From the NCBI GenBank assembly GCA_022072025.1, contig JAJVIP010000011.1, forward strand, positions 81,200 through 145,199: a DNA stretch of 64,000 bases, given 5' to 3'. The notes under the pieces are model-generated. The model was not told the DNA's origin and ran no database searches. It saw only the letters and a list, made by a program, of their open reading frames with translations. The stretch is from Elusimicrobiota bacterium. Its GTDB lineage: Bacteria > Elusimicrobiota > Elusimicrobia > F11. Position 1 is the first letter of the stretch. The number at the start of each line of letters is the position of its first letter. The translations under genes and the position numbers were made by a program. Below, piece by piece: positions 21,801 through 28,727 of this stretch.

Positions 21801-24800
21801 TTGCTCACGTTGGCCCTTTATTCGGATAAAAATATATTCGGCCCGGACCGCCTTCCCCTTTCGGTGCACATTGAAATGCCAATGAGAACCGTGCCGGTGC
21901 ACGCCGAGGACCCACGGGCCGAAGACCCACGGCTGGAATCCTCGTGGCCGGCCTCTTGGATCACCATGGGAAAGCGGACCTCGTCTCCCGTCCAAACCAC
22001 CGGCATTGCAAGCCGGGTGGATTTTTATGTTGATGAATGTGATTGGGTCAGCGCCGCTCAGGTGGTGGCCGGCGCCAACAAACGAGATCAAGCGCGGCGT
22101 ATCGCTCTTCTAAAGGAAACTCGAAAATTCGCGGACGCCGGCACAAAATTTTTGACCCGCTTGGAGAAACTTCGCAAACAAAAGAATGTGGTGTATGACC
22201 CGCCCGAAGTCAAGAAATTCATGGCGGTATTCAGGCAAATCAATGAGCTCTTGTCGGAACAAGGATTCGTTGAATACCAATCCCCCCATGAAGGTCTGAT
22301 TGTTGGAACCTTCAACTCTCAAGGCCAGGCCATTGGGGACGGACCTGTGGCGCAGATCCTGGGTCCGGAAATATTCGCGGTGGATTTGATAGAGGCTCAC
22401 GTCCCGGTGCAGATTAACGACATCTGTAAAGTTCGCAGTGTGACTGGAGAAGAAACGTTGGGTGTGGTGTTTGATGTTAAACCGGCTCTCGGCGTCGGTT
22501 CCGGGAGGCAAAACCAAAGCCAGATGAAAGGCGTGTTGATCAAAATCCCCGGGAAAAGAGTGTGGTGGGGGGACGGCCAATACGGCATCCAGGTGATTTA
22601 CCGCCCGGGCGGCTTCGCCACTTCCCCAAGGGAATCCTCCGACGTTCCACCGCCTCTTTATCCGGTCAGATACATTCAACCGCCGGATGAAGAAACCAAA
22701 ACATTGCTTGTGCAACGCCTCCTGAAAGCGGCTCAAGCGGCCCATCATCCCCCTGTTGTCCTTGAAACGCCAAAAGATTGGCCAGTCGGAAAAGTTTCTT
22801 CGGACGACTCGGAGATCGTTCGAAAAATAATTTTGGATCCCAACAGCGATTCGCGACGCGACCATTTACGCCGACATTTAGAAGATGAGGGAGTCAATGA
22901 AGCTGAAATGAAGAGTTTGGTTCTCAAAGGCTATTCCGACACGCGCCAAATGACATTGGATCATCTTTTCGCCCAACGTCGCATTGAAGACCTCATCCGG
23001 TTCCACCAACTTTTGTTTGACCAGGACCCAAACAGTGACATGACTCTATTGGCAAGGTCCCACATTCTTGCCTTGATTGATCTGGGAAGTTTTAATGAAA
23101 AAGACAAACACGGGCATCCCATCGAAGATCCGCTGGAACGTTTGTCGTTATCGGGATCCCGCAGTGAAGAACGTGGGGCGGCCGGTCGGTTTTTAACCTC
23201 CGTTCTTTGTTTGCCCCAAGCGGGTTACAATCCGCACACAGAACTGACTGTCCGGCGGATTCTCTCCAGCCAGTTTTGGAAAACTTATGCTGATAAAATT
23301 CAACTGGCCCGGGATTTGGAATGGGCCACAGAAACGCCTGTTAACCAAAACCTCCGCGCCAAAGCCGCCAACCTGCTTCGATCATGGGTGTTCGCTGACA
23401 TCGCCCTCCACACACTCAGAAATCTGGGGCCTTATGAAGAAGAGGCGGTCCATCTCGACTGGTGGGACTGGCTGGATGACAACCGTTGGTTGCGTTTGCA
23501 AGACATGCTGGCCAGCGATGCTGCGGACAGAGAATTTCTGCCCCATTCTCCTTGGACATTAACGGAGCAAGACCCGGAAATATATTTCAAAGGACTCATG
23601 AGCAACGACCTCTATGAGTTGACCCGGATCGAATACCAGGCTTTGCTGGAACAAGCGAAACAAGCTCCGCTGGGGCGTATCCGAGTCGACAACTACGGGT
23701 CCGCTGACGCTATCCCGAAAGCCGATCATGTGTTTGACCAACTGAACTTGGCCGCCCAAGAGACGGAGCATCTCCCAGGCTTAAACTCGCCGCATGCCAT
23801 TGAAAGATTCATCCATATCGCCGCGCGGGCCGCGTCTCGAAATCAATATTACAGATTCCGCCTTGAACAAAGCGTCAGGTTGTTAATGAAAATGGAAAAC
23901 CTTGAGTTAAGAAATTTTTTATTGGCGCGAATCACGGTTGAAACACAAGATCCGGGTCTTTTGAGTTTCCTTTTGGATAAAGACGTGGACGACTTGCTTG
24001 TTCAACACATGACCCAGATGAAAATTTATTCGCAGGCCGACCCCGGTCTTCTCATGATGCATCAACAAGCGTTGATCAAACTGTGCGGCTTGATGACGGC
24101 GGACGACTCCTATGAAAGGCGTGAAGACACTCTAAGAACCGTCATCGAATCGTTAAGCGATTCCGAATTGATGGACATCGTTTCTCCAGCCGAGACTCCA
24201 CGCACGACCATTCGGGATGTGATGGAAGGCGCCGGCATCCCTGAAGAGGTGTTTGTGTCAATGGCCCAAGTGGAATTTTCTAAACACGCCTTGCTCTGGG
24301 GCACCCCTCAAGTCAAAAAATGGAGCGGACTGACCATTGGGTCTCAAAAACTCACGCCCGAGGTTTCCGCGTTAAACAATATCGAGGATGCGTTATCCCC
24401 ACATCATTTTGATCCAAAAGATCTTGAGCGGGCGCTGCGTTTTGGTCTGCAAAACCATCCGAGCGCTTTCGACAAACTGGGAGAAGCCTACGAATTGCGC
24501 AAGAACCGGCTTAAAAACGTCTCGTCTCACGATCGCGTGGAGCACCTGGACATTTGGCGCCTGGGGGCTGGACTTGTATTGACGGTGCTGGGCCTCCTCT
24601 TGGGCGCGACGCTGCGGATTTTGAGAAGCAAAAAATCCGAGGCTCTGCTCATCAACGAAATCGGGAGCAGCCACCTCGGGTGGCGCCGTTGGTTGCCTCC
24701 ATGGTTATCCGGGTTGATTCTATGGACAGCGCTCTTCCTATCCTCTGAACAAGAGGGCTTTGCCGCTCCGGTCCATTCAATCCAACCGGGAATCGCACCA

Positions 24801-24992
24801 ACGAGGGACAGTCGCCCTTTAGAGGTCATGCCCACTGTGTCTCTGGGCCTTGCCGATCTCTATGACCGGATCCCCCATTCAGAAAAAAGAAGGGACAACT
24901 CCCCTGATGAAAAATTGCCATGGGACATCAAAGCCTCACGAATGATTGAAATAAAAATTAAAAAAATAAGACATCTGAACCGCCACGCCTGA
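12849..24992 (+). CDS. Giant multi-domain polytopic membrane protein (4047 aa), function unknown
   Basis: A single 12,144-nt open frame. An N-terminal signal-peptide-like segment (RRKVGLFVSFIYFISQCALA-HT) supports the GTG start at 12849; the alternative ATG is 12945. Roughly 20 hydrophobic helices fall in four clusters (about aa 590-790, 1460-1570, 1930-2010, 2350-2560, plus 2 near the C-terminus) separated by large soluble regions. Motifs: ISDIHLNHE near the N-terminus, HGLGH within a TM cluster, an SIS-like CASQSGMT (nt 17001-17024), and a Pro/acidic linker (nt ~19490-19760). Followed by a strong intrinsic terminator. Confidence 0.8.
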   Translation: MGAFVYTQHARRKVGLFVSFIYFISQCALAHTMELNLLKNRSHPLLFNPPLSLPASIGTFRKRNAGHSGLTVIHISDIHLNHEAQENIGNMVTQLMKAGEVRLVALEGAFETIHMDRFRSFSDQDALRRAAKYALKKNQISGAVHSCLTFDGKAPALVGIDDEISYKTNMEAYRQAHALIPAMKSSLKEERAYNNKEAEQLFGPELLALYNQSIAYRANQINTGTYLRFLSDAGADLALELETFLAASEIESALDFSQAGRERTLFFERLAVSLSRQAVRDLENKSSAFRWGQINQAGYYSYLRELSKNVGLDLAHYPAFAEYVRYILLSNDINVEKLYRSLDETEDRLFKQLIQTPLERAVVAKSKRLALSEKLVDFSLTPEEWKEYCRSEPMARPTSRELQPFESFYREAEKRDRKMAENLLKAVHGAGNNQSHQGPSTVVLVTGGFHARGIEEILTKAGATVVSFVPRITKVETVSGAENLSLFVQEKAPLEKLFEGQKLFLSQNPANLIHLIPGIAAVKAVTTPAVPAQQVVDGLLPQGHGSRMTARKKGNEVLVTLQYRGQNETTAYQVDPQGNIQSDRRIRPNPLPELLALTLTLWLGTSVFINPAAFILQLAFTIAATRLVWFSSIFVHGLGHVVFKWWVDKNYRMSLTEAAEGITLSEFFLGLLPFAPIFTPWLSNRISVAPGDPDPEKVSFKALGGPVFNIFSAGAAAGALVFLSRFPGHPFYLSALLYLFLVLNFVFLAASVSDFESFATGLAPDGFACGFLDYFSPLRKLIGGESRFTYGPMYRNQQLVRQQKEQRQYSNGRWTGVIQRAVEQITTTTKILSNRGTQAYGFEVKLRTPQGAVVLAGLKDVNPKRATLHRRLAEDLVKILNRAILSGLTVLDDFFSYSSHLRFGTSSAPSKIETHPHASPEQWVERYNWSDPSRAIRQVREIFQISIKHNGDNDGIKDIEEVLEMYPFYVFGKNYSFKEIRRQLNRILYRDPTRGDSPVIASLLSLFITQGRFDAAARLAYIQMADTFQNAFQDLDNPSKVDRIAKTWGAAFESIFKKHQEHIFERSEIGWTPNVAYIKQVFLPALKNALGHNRQIVEDPYLRALFTHEENFDAFIQSTVHLFLYNDTYRGIQMMVSSAQSSSTFGLSVNNTLEPKKNFWLAKGQPAAMGHNPATGEIITASDPGAVLGALNENSRILTFNDSQGEIVVLDMEDPWSPHMSIFSLSAHRELTSEEIESRWVNLEKNPYIKIPDKNGNGTSNLKKDLTDLSAVLANIHDSFDLKHRNNPRKPSNRLSADRLKKWLVEKANNFHFKTEAKSQMADIVFIAEGSTHDVLLRKAHDLSAVFPGLNIQVITGNDYMRDSESYFSGSGKDFSMGKNTLVFCASQSGMTFSNVESVRDAEYRRRKGQLMDVFIMTGEWFSVMGDSLGQEFFPDSEFSGRLFSNMSGRRYSEAATMATATDFFFSELFLDIFSDISDLQPFNMKLSKEGVAQLKKQIIPLINTAIPELTGVDANKNLVPSDVHRRLLERGWYLSDSVSEQLFMISMLRIYTFVSVTLHLPIFRLMTMILVGAVLLTTGLPSWSSLFDGTLMAFLGLAGGVLFHFANILDALFYSHQDILFTYLIRLLQGRPIRARIGPRFLAIGGPHSRLLREYFRASVLEAPGVLQFAGVDGADLDGDFMHRFKDSNRGALVFFHIDDSESPEPSHQSDATSARMTFNQTNGVQNWGVGPEIIINSIAPQKESQYVVPSVAVDNSEGQPVGGYSKNDSVFNDLHSRWFNELKLLVSGQVVAAEMSDNLSKARMRFYVRRSDSPLQIFLENMARPVSAAYSAIALRANAIMMKRFFRSGQESRIFEPGKGQSGLTVFTTQIMPPHPLDKQAAERDISAIADHLRNFGLNESMPWVPESGPIAVAMARLYDPILAVHKNTGGNERAVATNAAPATALGSGYPQRKSNTRRYSWGIFGGNGSTLYSGWMIGFILGAVALFDQLHISHPSAVLTTATILFGGVWFLMRRQTGPPPSLRLAFETLERRDFLNALPLTEAPKTGPPEPAWVEVAHNNLLNIIQINAQEKVLVDSDSSQINQIRLDYVLNERPVVNVLDHFGFDVSGKAESFLLTQKVDGRTKQIPGEFSEFDPQGRPLIGKAFDADSGQTFEFSFEHNSFISDSIIGFVSDATITDSAGHSIVLVIDPSQIEYSDGALSIEIVPTPLSRMPPLPKVREVRPVVDLDSSPSNSPPPPQIPLFGSRNSEEEMDEETGLPPEAALAIAPNYEILDRLPPDREPADVKADAAAPEVENERTATIISAKAEAQAPNLPRQNVEGLIASGDRFRGGDGGSAINQNLTPISDESWVPFDPRAALLLGAGIVSMAASSTASRFSLARLTDWLARPKVALSRDHKTLTLKFSRRSKIEVWFPSGATEREVHFRSVNGNGPFRLIGGAMEVHLNRATGELRFQSPQENGPVFLVPNPNGGVDRHTSLVLPLNEKYQLPASLPTDTADWSAARKILRVLFISIAFLCLGAALTLWVGPSLARLDAESLLHWTAKKMAWAQQHKIELTNWTGLIGSTLLIFWIFRDKSPLSTHESWRKNLKTWFYRGLFLATLIGINLLPIQWWVPAYLTAAGFGLFYGSVAFAYFIFVPFAWALRLISLLFRWHPAFSAKASLYKDLKAVLGMSLVIGLAAVGWRSRERLLPEKPEARLERMMKDFSHTPWPKTVSKSGTPFNQNTSLNQDEVPVKNFKTQFSRDFAVNPVRFQSGPTSSLVVLRAQKQGVREVHPNASFSKMEWVDPLNEIPLMGQEPMLRLIRPVLEKKASDLSKEINYRKQVLEHFDEAGLFDGNFIKAATKLTSWAEIISLELEHFQLAQEVDVYGHVLTPFKEGETGRAIASQRMLGTMSSSPMNTPQDKLSEIDSPSDIRGENGQELFQSDRRLTLQVVLSMRDWIMFDTHRIKASLTMRDGHTHQASVKACDFEHRLDDTTLLTLALYSDKNIFGPDRLPLSVHIEMPMRTVPVHAEDPRAEDPRLESSWPASWITMGKRTSSPVQTTGIASRVDFYVDECDWVSAAQVVAGANKRDQARRIALLKETRKFADAGTKFLTRLEKLRKQKNVVYDPPEVKKFMAVFRQINELLSEQGFVEYQSPHEGLIVGTFNSQGQAIGDGPVAQILGPEIFAVDLIEAHVPVQINDICKVRSVTGEETLGVVFDVKPALGVGSGRQNQSQMKGVLIKIPGKRVWWGDGQYGIQVIYRPGGFATSPRESSDVPPPLYPVRYIQPPDEETKTLLVQRLLKAAQAAHHPPVVLETPKDWPVGKVSSDDSEIVRKIILDPNSDSRRDHLRRHLEDEGVNEAEMKSLVLKGYSDTRQMTLDHLFAQRRIEDLIRFHQLLFDQDPNSDMTLLARSHILALIDLGSFNEKDKHGHPIEDPLERLSLSGSRSEERGAAGRFLTSVLCLPQAGYNPHTELTVRRILSSQFWKTYADKIQLARDLEWATETPVNQNLRAKAANLLRSWVFADIALHTLRNLGPYEEEAVHLDWWDWLDDNRWLRLQDMLASDAADREFLPHSPWTLTEQDPEIYFKGLMSNDLYELTRIEYQALLEQAKQAPLGRIRVDNYGSADAIPKADHVFDQLNLAAQETEHLPGLNSPHAIERFIHIAARAASRNQYYRFRLEQSVRLLMKMENLELRNFLLARITVETQDPGLLSFLLDKDVDDLLVQHMTQMKIYSQADPGLLMMHQQALIKLCGLMTADDSYERREDTLRTVIESLSDSELMDIVSPAETPRTTIRDVMEGAGIPEEVFVSMAQVEFSKHALLWGTPQVKKWSGLTIGSQKLTPEVSALNNIEDALSPHHFDPKDLERALRFGLQNHPSAFDKLGEAYELRKNRLKNVSSHDRVEHLDIWRLGAGLVLTVLGLLLGATLRILRSKKSEALLINEIGSSHLGWRRWLPPWLSGLILWTALFLSSEQEGFAAPVHSIQPGIAPTRDSRPLEVMPTVSLGLADLYDRIPHSEKRRDNSPDEKLPWDIKASRMIEIKIKKIRHLNRHA

Positions 24993-25085
24993 GCGGAAAT
25001 AAAAGCGTTGATTTCTGGCGGGATTTTAATTAGTGTGGCCAGAGTTTCATCGACGGAAACTATTTTAAGGTTTGGACACGGACGT

Positions 25086-25123
25086 CCTTTGATCAACGGT
25101 TTGATCAAAGGGCGTTTTTTTTT
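25086..25123 (+). terminator. Rho-independent terminator downstream of the giant ORF
   Basis: Perfect 11-bp stem CCTTTGATCAA / TTGATCAAAGG with loop ACGG, followed by GCG and a 9-T run. Confidence 0.75.
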
Positions 25124-25169
25124 GCCTCAAGATTTTGTGGGAAAAATTTAATTACGAGGAGAAACAATT

Positions 25170-25898
25170 ATGCATTTAGAAGAGTTGGGCATTCCATATA
25201 CGGATTTGGGTAATCAAAAAGAAATCGAGCTGTTTTGGCATATCAGCCAGAGCCTTGTTTCAAAAAGTTATCTGCAAGAGATTCTACAGTTGATTGTGAC
25301 AATGACGGCAGAAGTCATGAAATCAAAAACCTGTTCTCTGATGCTGTTGGACCCTGAAAAAGGGGAGTTGCGTATAGCTGCCACCCAAGCTTTGAGCCCT
25401 CTGTACATCAACAAACCCCCCGTTAAGGTGGGTGAAAGTGTCTCCGGCCGAGCTGTTCAAGACCGAAAACCGGTGGTGGTGGCAGATGTAACGAAGGACA
25501 AAAGTTATGGCTATCCCGAAGTGGCACGCAAAGAGGGCTTTGTATCAATGATTTCCATGCCTATGCAGATTGAAGGGCGTGTTATTGGGGTGATTAACAG
25601 CTATACCCATCAGGTTCATAATTTCACGGATTTGGAGATCAAAATTTTACAAGCGGTGGCCAATCAAGCCGCGGTGGCCATTGAAAACACCAAATTAAGA
25701 CAAGAAAATCTGGAAACCAAACAAGCCTTAGAAGACCGTAAAAAGGTGGACCAAGCCAAGGCACTGCTCATGCAAAAGGATGGGTTGAGTGAAATGGAAG
25801 CCCATCAACTGCTGCAAAAGACCAGCCGCGACCAGAGAAAGCCCATGGTGGAAATCGCCAATGCGATCTTGCTCGCCTATCCGTTGCGTAAAAAATAA
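25170..25898 (+). CDS. GAF plus ANTAR domain protein (RNA-binding antitermination-type regulator)
   Basis: A GAF-like sensor region is followed by the C-terminal ANTAR signature ALEDRKKVDQAKALLMQKDGLSEMEAHQLLQKTSRDQRKPMVEIANAIL. GAGGAG RBS 7 nt upstream of the ATG. Confidence 0.8.
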   Translation: MHLEELGIPYTDLGNQKEIELFWHISQSLVSKSYLQEILQLIVTMTAEVMKSKTCSLMLLDPEKGELRIAATQALSPLYINKPPVKVGESVSGRAVQDRKPVVVADVTKDKSYGYPEVARKEGFVSMISMPMQIEGRVIGVINSYTHQVHNFTDLEIKILQAVANQAAVAIENTKLRQENLETKQALEDRKKVDQAKALLMQKDGLSEMEAHQLLQKTSRDQRKPMVEIANAILLAYPLRKK

Positions 25899-25958
25899 TT
25901 TTTGGTATGCTCCACCCTTCATTTTTAAAACAAATTTTCCCCGACGGATACCTAACTC

Positions 25959-27356
25959 ATGATGATCACAAGCAAAACAAACGAAGAACTTTGGGATTTT
26001 GTCCTTGGCCAACTTAAACCCGAACTTAAAGACGAAACATTTAATCTGTGGCTGAAACCGCTGAAGGCGGTAAAAAACGAAGAGGGTCAATTTGTGCTTC
26101 GCGTGCCCAATCGATTTTTCTCTGATTGGATTAAAGCTCATTATCAAACCCGCATTGAAAACTTGTTGTCGGAGTTTTTGGGAAGCCAAATCAAATTAAG
26201 TTTTGAAACCCAAGCCGATGAATCAATGTTGCCTGTCCCCACTCAATACAAACCCTCAACCGACATCAAACTAACCTCCTCTTCATCTACCAAAACCAAC
26301 GCTTTTGCCGACGAAATCAAAATAGAAGCCAAATATGCGTTTGATAATTTTGTGGTGGGACCTTCCAACCGATTCGCTGAAGCCGCCGCCGAGGCCGTGG
26401 CGCGCGACCCAGGACGGACTTACAATCCGCTTTTCATTTATGGAGGCGTGGGGCTCGGAAAAACTCATTTGCTTCATTCGATCGCCCGTCACATACTTAA
26501 AAATCAACCCAACGCCAGAATCACCTACGTTCCCAGCGAACGTTTTATTAATGAATTCATCGATGCTATTCGTTTTGAACGAATGAAAGAATTTCGATCC
26601 AAGTACCGGGGGCTGGATTGTTTGCTGATTGATGACATCCAATTTCTTATGGGAAAAGAATCTTCTCAAGAAGAATTTTTCTACACGTTCAACACCCTCT
26701 ATGACTCGCGCAAACAAATTGTGATCTGCTCTGACCGCCCCCCCAAAGAAACCTTGGTCGGGGATCGGCTCATTTCTCGGTTTGAATGGGGCGTCATAGC
26801 CGATATTCAACCGCCGGATCTGGAAACGCGCATCGCTATATTAAGGAAGAAGACCGCTGAATCCGGTCAACAAGCCCCCGATGACGTGATTTTGTTCGTT
26901 GCTTCCCATATCAAAACGAACATTCGAGAATTGGAAGGCTCTATTACGAGAATAATGGCCTACGCAAATTTGACCGGTTTTCCATTGACAGTCGATACCG
27001 CTCGAACTGTTTTAAAAGACATTTTAACAGGCCCTGACCATGCGGCACCTGTAACGATTGAGCAAGTTCAAAAAGTGGTGGCGCGACATTTTAATTTGGA
27101 CCTACGAGACATGAAATCCAAACGTCGCACCGACGCCATCGCGTTTCCCCGACAAGTGGCCATGTATTTATGCCGAACCTTGACCGAACTTTCCACCATT
27201 GAAATTGGGGCGGGTTTTGGCGGCAAAGATCACACAACGGTTATGCACGGCTGCAGTAAAATCAAAAACAAGCTTAGTGGAGACCCTTATTTTGTAGCGT
27301 TGGTTAATAAAATCACACAAGATATTCGAGAGGAAAGCCTGCTTATAACGCCTTAA
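25959..27356 (+). CDS. dnaA: Chromosomal replication initiator DnaA
   Basis: N-terminal domain ELWDFVLGQL...NLWLKPL. AAA+ Walker A GGVGLGKTHLLH. Sensor and box VII regions. C-terminal DNA-binding domain ...AMYLCRTLTELSTIEIGAGFGGKDHTTVMH. Confidence 0.97.
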   Translation: MMITSKTNEELWDFVLGQLKPELKDETFNLWLKPLKAVKNEEGQFVLRVPNRFFSDWIKAHYQTRIENLLSEFLGSQIKLSFETQADESMLPVPTQYKPSTDIKLTSSSSTKTNAFADEIKIEAKYAFDNFVVGPSNRFAEAAAEAVARDPGRTYNPLFIYGGVGLGKTHLLHSIARHILKNQPNARITYVPSERFINEFIDAIRFERMKEFRSKYRGLDCLLIDDIQFLMGKESSQEEFFYTFNTLYDSRKQIVICSDRPPKETLVGDRLISRFEWGVIADIQPPDLETRIAILRKKTAESGQQAPDDVILFVASHIKTNIRELEGSITRIMAYANLTGFPLTVDTARTVLKDILTGPDHAAPVTIEQVQKVVARHFNLDLRDMKSKRRTDAIAFPRQVAMYLCRTLTELSTIEIGAGFGGKDHTTVMHGCSKIKNKLSGDPYFVALVNKITQDIREESLLITP

Positions 27357-27532
27357 TTGGCCTGGATAAGTTGTGGATGGATTCTTAGTAAGTGGTGTGA
27401 AACTGTGGATAAAAGTAAAAGATGGGGATGGTTGGGATAAGCGGGGAAAGTTATCCACTTGAGACGCGAATTAAAAGTTTCTTTGAAAGAGTCTGACAAT
27501 CAGAAAATTTAATCTGGGAGGTCCCAGTTATC
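27357..27532. promoter_or_regulatory. Candidate oriC / DnaA-box cluster in the dnaA-dnaN intergenic region
   Basis: Perfect TTATCCACA on the reverse strand at 27404-27412 (TGTGGATAA). Near-consensus boxes: TTATCCACT (27451-27459), CCTGGATAA (27361-27369), TGTGGATGG (27372-27380) and TTGGGATAA (27432-27440). An AT-rich stretch follows at 27470-27510. Confidence 0.6.
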
Positions 27533-28705
27533 ATGGCGACGAACACATATACGACGACTTCTACGTCTTCTTCTCAAAATAAAAGAAGTCAGTTAATGAA
27601 ACTACATCTAACCAAGGCTGATTTATTTAAAGGAATCCAAATTGTTCAATCAGCTATTTCGGTTCGAAGCACGCTTCCTGTTTTGGGAAACATCCTTTTT
27701 GAGGCTTCTGATCAAGGTTTACGTTTATCAGCCACAGACTTGGAAGTAGGAATTCGAACGTGGATTAAAGCGGATATCATCGAGAAGGGCGCTGTGACCA
27801 TTCCCGCTAAAATTTTGGCTGACTTTTTGAGAACATTGGAAGATGACCGGGAAGTAAAGTTAGAGGTTTCTGAAAACAATAAGATTGAAGTGAAATCCAA
27901 CCGGGACCGTTTAAATATCACGGGACTTCCCAAAGAAGATTATCCTGTTTTGCCTGAGTTTGAAGAATCAAAAGCGGTCACCATTTCCAAAGCCACGCTC
28001 AAAGAAATGTTCAAAAAAACCATGTTTGCCGCTTCTTCTGATGAAACTCGTTATGTCTTAAATGGTGTTCATATTATCGTGGATGCGGGAAAAGCAATCG
28101 CCGTTGCAACTGATGGGCGCCGTTTGGCCTATATTCAAAGACCCGTTCCTGGAAAAGATCTCCAAATTAAAGTCATCATTCCAACCAAAGCCGTTCAAGA
28201 AGTCATGCGTCTTATATCCGAAGAAAACTCATCATCTGACACGCTTAAGGTTTCATTTACCGACAATCAAGCCAGCTTTTCGGATGGTTCCACTGTTATT
28301 CTCTCCCGCTTAATTGAAGGACATTTCCCAAATTTTGAGCAAGTCATCCCGAAGTCCAAAGAGATTCAACTTCGTTTGAATCGCCTCGCGTTTCTTTCAT
28401 CCGTCACACGAGCTGCTGTGGGAACCCTGGAGCGTGGGGGATCGGTTCGATTAACATTAACCAAGGGAGTTATGAAAATTCAGGCTGCGGCCCAAGGTCG
28501 CGTTGAAGTAGAGTCTGAACTCTCAACCAACTATGAGGGAAGTGAACTCGAGGTGGCTTTTAATCCTCTTTATTTGATCGATGTTCTTAAAGCATTGGAG
28601 CAAACCGATGTGGTGGTTGAATTGACCACCGCGCTCAATCCAGGCGTGATACGGCCGGCCGACGATGAAGCCTATCGGTATGTGATGATGCCGATGAAAA
28701 TCTGA
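27533..28705 (+). CDS. dnaN: DNA polymerase III beta sliding clamp
   Basis: MKLHLTKADLFKGIQIVQSAISVRSTLPVLGNILFEA... then three clamp domains. GGGAGG RBS upstream of 27533. The first 21 residues form a Thr/Ser-rich extension; internal ATG at 27596 is a possible alternative start. Confidence 0.93.
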   Translation: MATNTYTTTSTSSSQNKRSQLMKLHLTKADLFKGIQIVQSAISVRSTLPVLGNILFEASDQGLRLSATDLEVGIRTWIKADIIEKGAVTIPAKILADFLRTLEDDREVKLEVSENNKIEVKSNRDRLNITGLPKEDYPVLPEFEESKAVTISKATLKEMFKKTMFAASSDETRYVLNGVHIIVDAGKAIAVATDGRRLAYIQRPVPGKDLQIKVIIPTKAVQEVMRLISEENSSSDTLKVSFTDNQASFSDGSTVILSRLIEGHFPNFEQVIPKSKEIQLRLNRLAFLSSVTRAAVGTLERGGSVRLTLTKGVMKIQAAAQGRVEVESELSTNYEGSELEVAFNPLYLIDVLKALEQTDVVVELTTALNPGVIRPADDEAYRYVMMPMKI

Positions 28706-28727
28706 CCCCTCGCGCGCGCCTCTAGGA

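Noticed and set aside
13086-24835. Numerous minus-strand ORFs of 60-251 aa inside the giant gene (for example 17970-18632, 22110-22865, 19163-19669, 14838-15272)
   Set aside because: All are antisense to a 12-kb uninterrupted ORF. They are rich in Gly/Arg/His/Pro as expected for antisense frames of GC-richer coding DNA. None shows recognisable protein features.
25728-26189. 153-aa minus-strand ORF overlapping the end of the GAF-ANTAR gene and the start of dnaA
   Set aside because: It is antisense to two well-supported genes and has no recognisable features.
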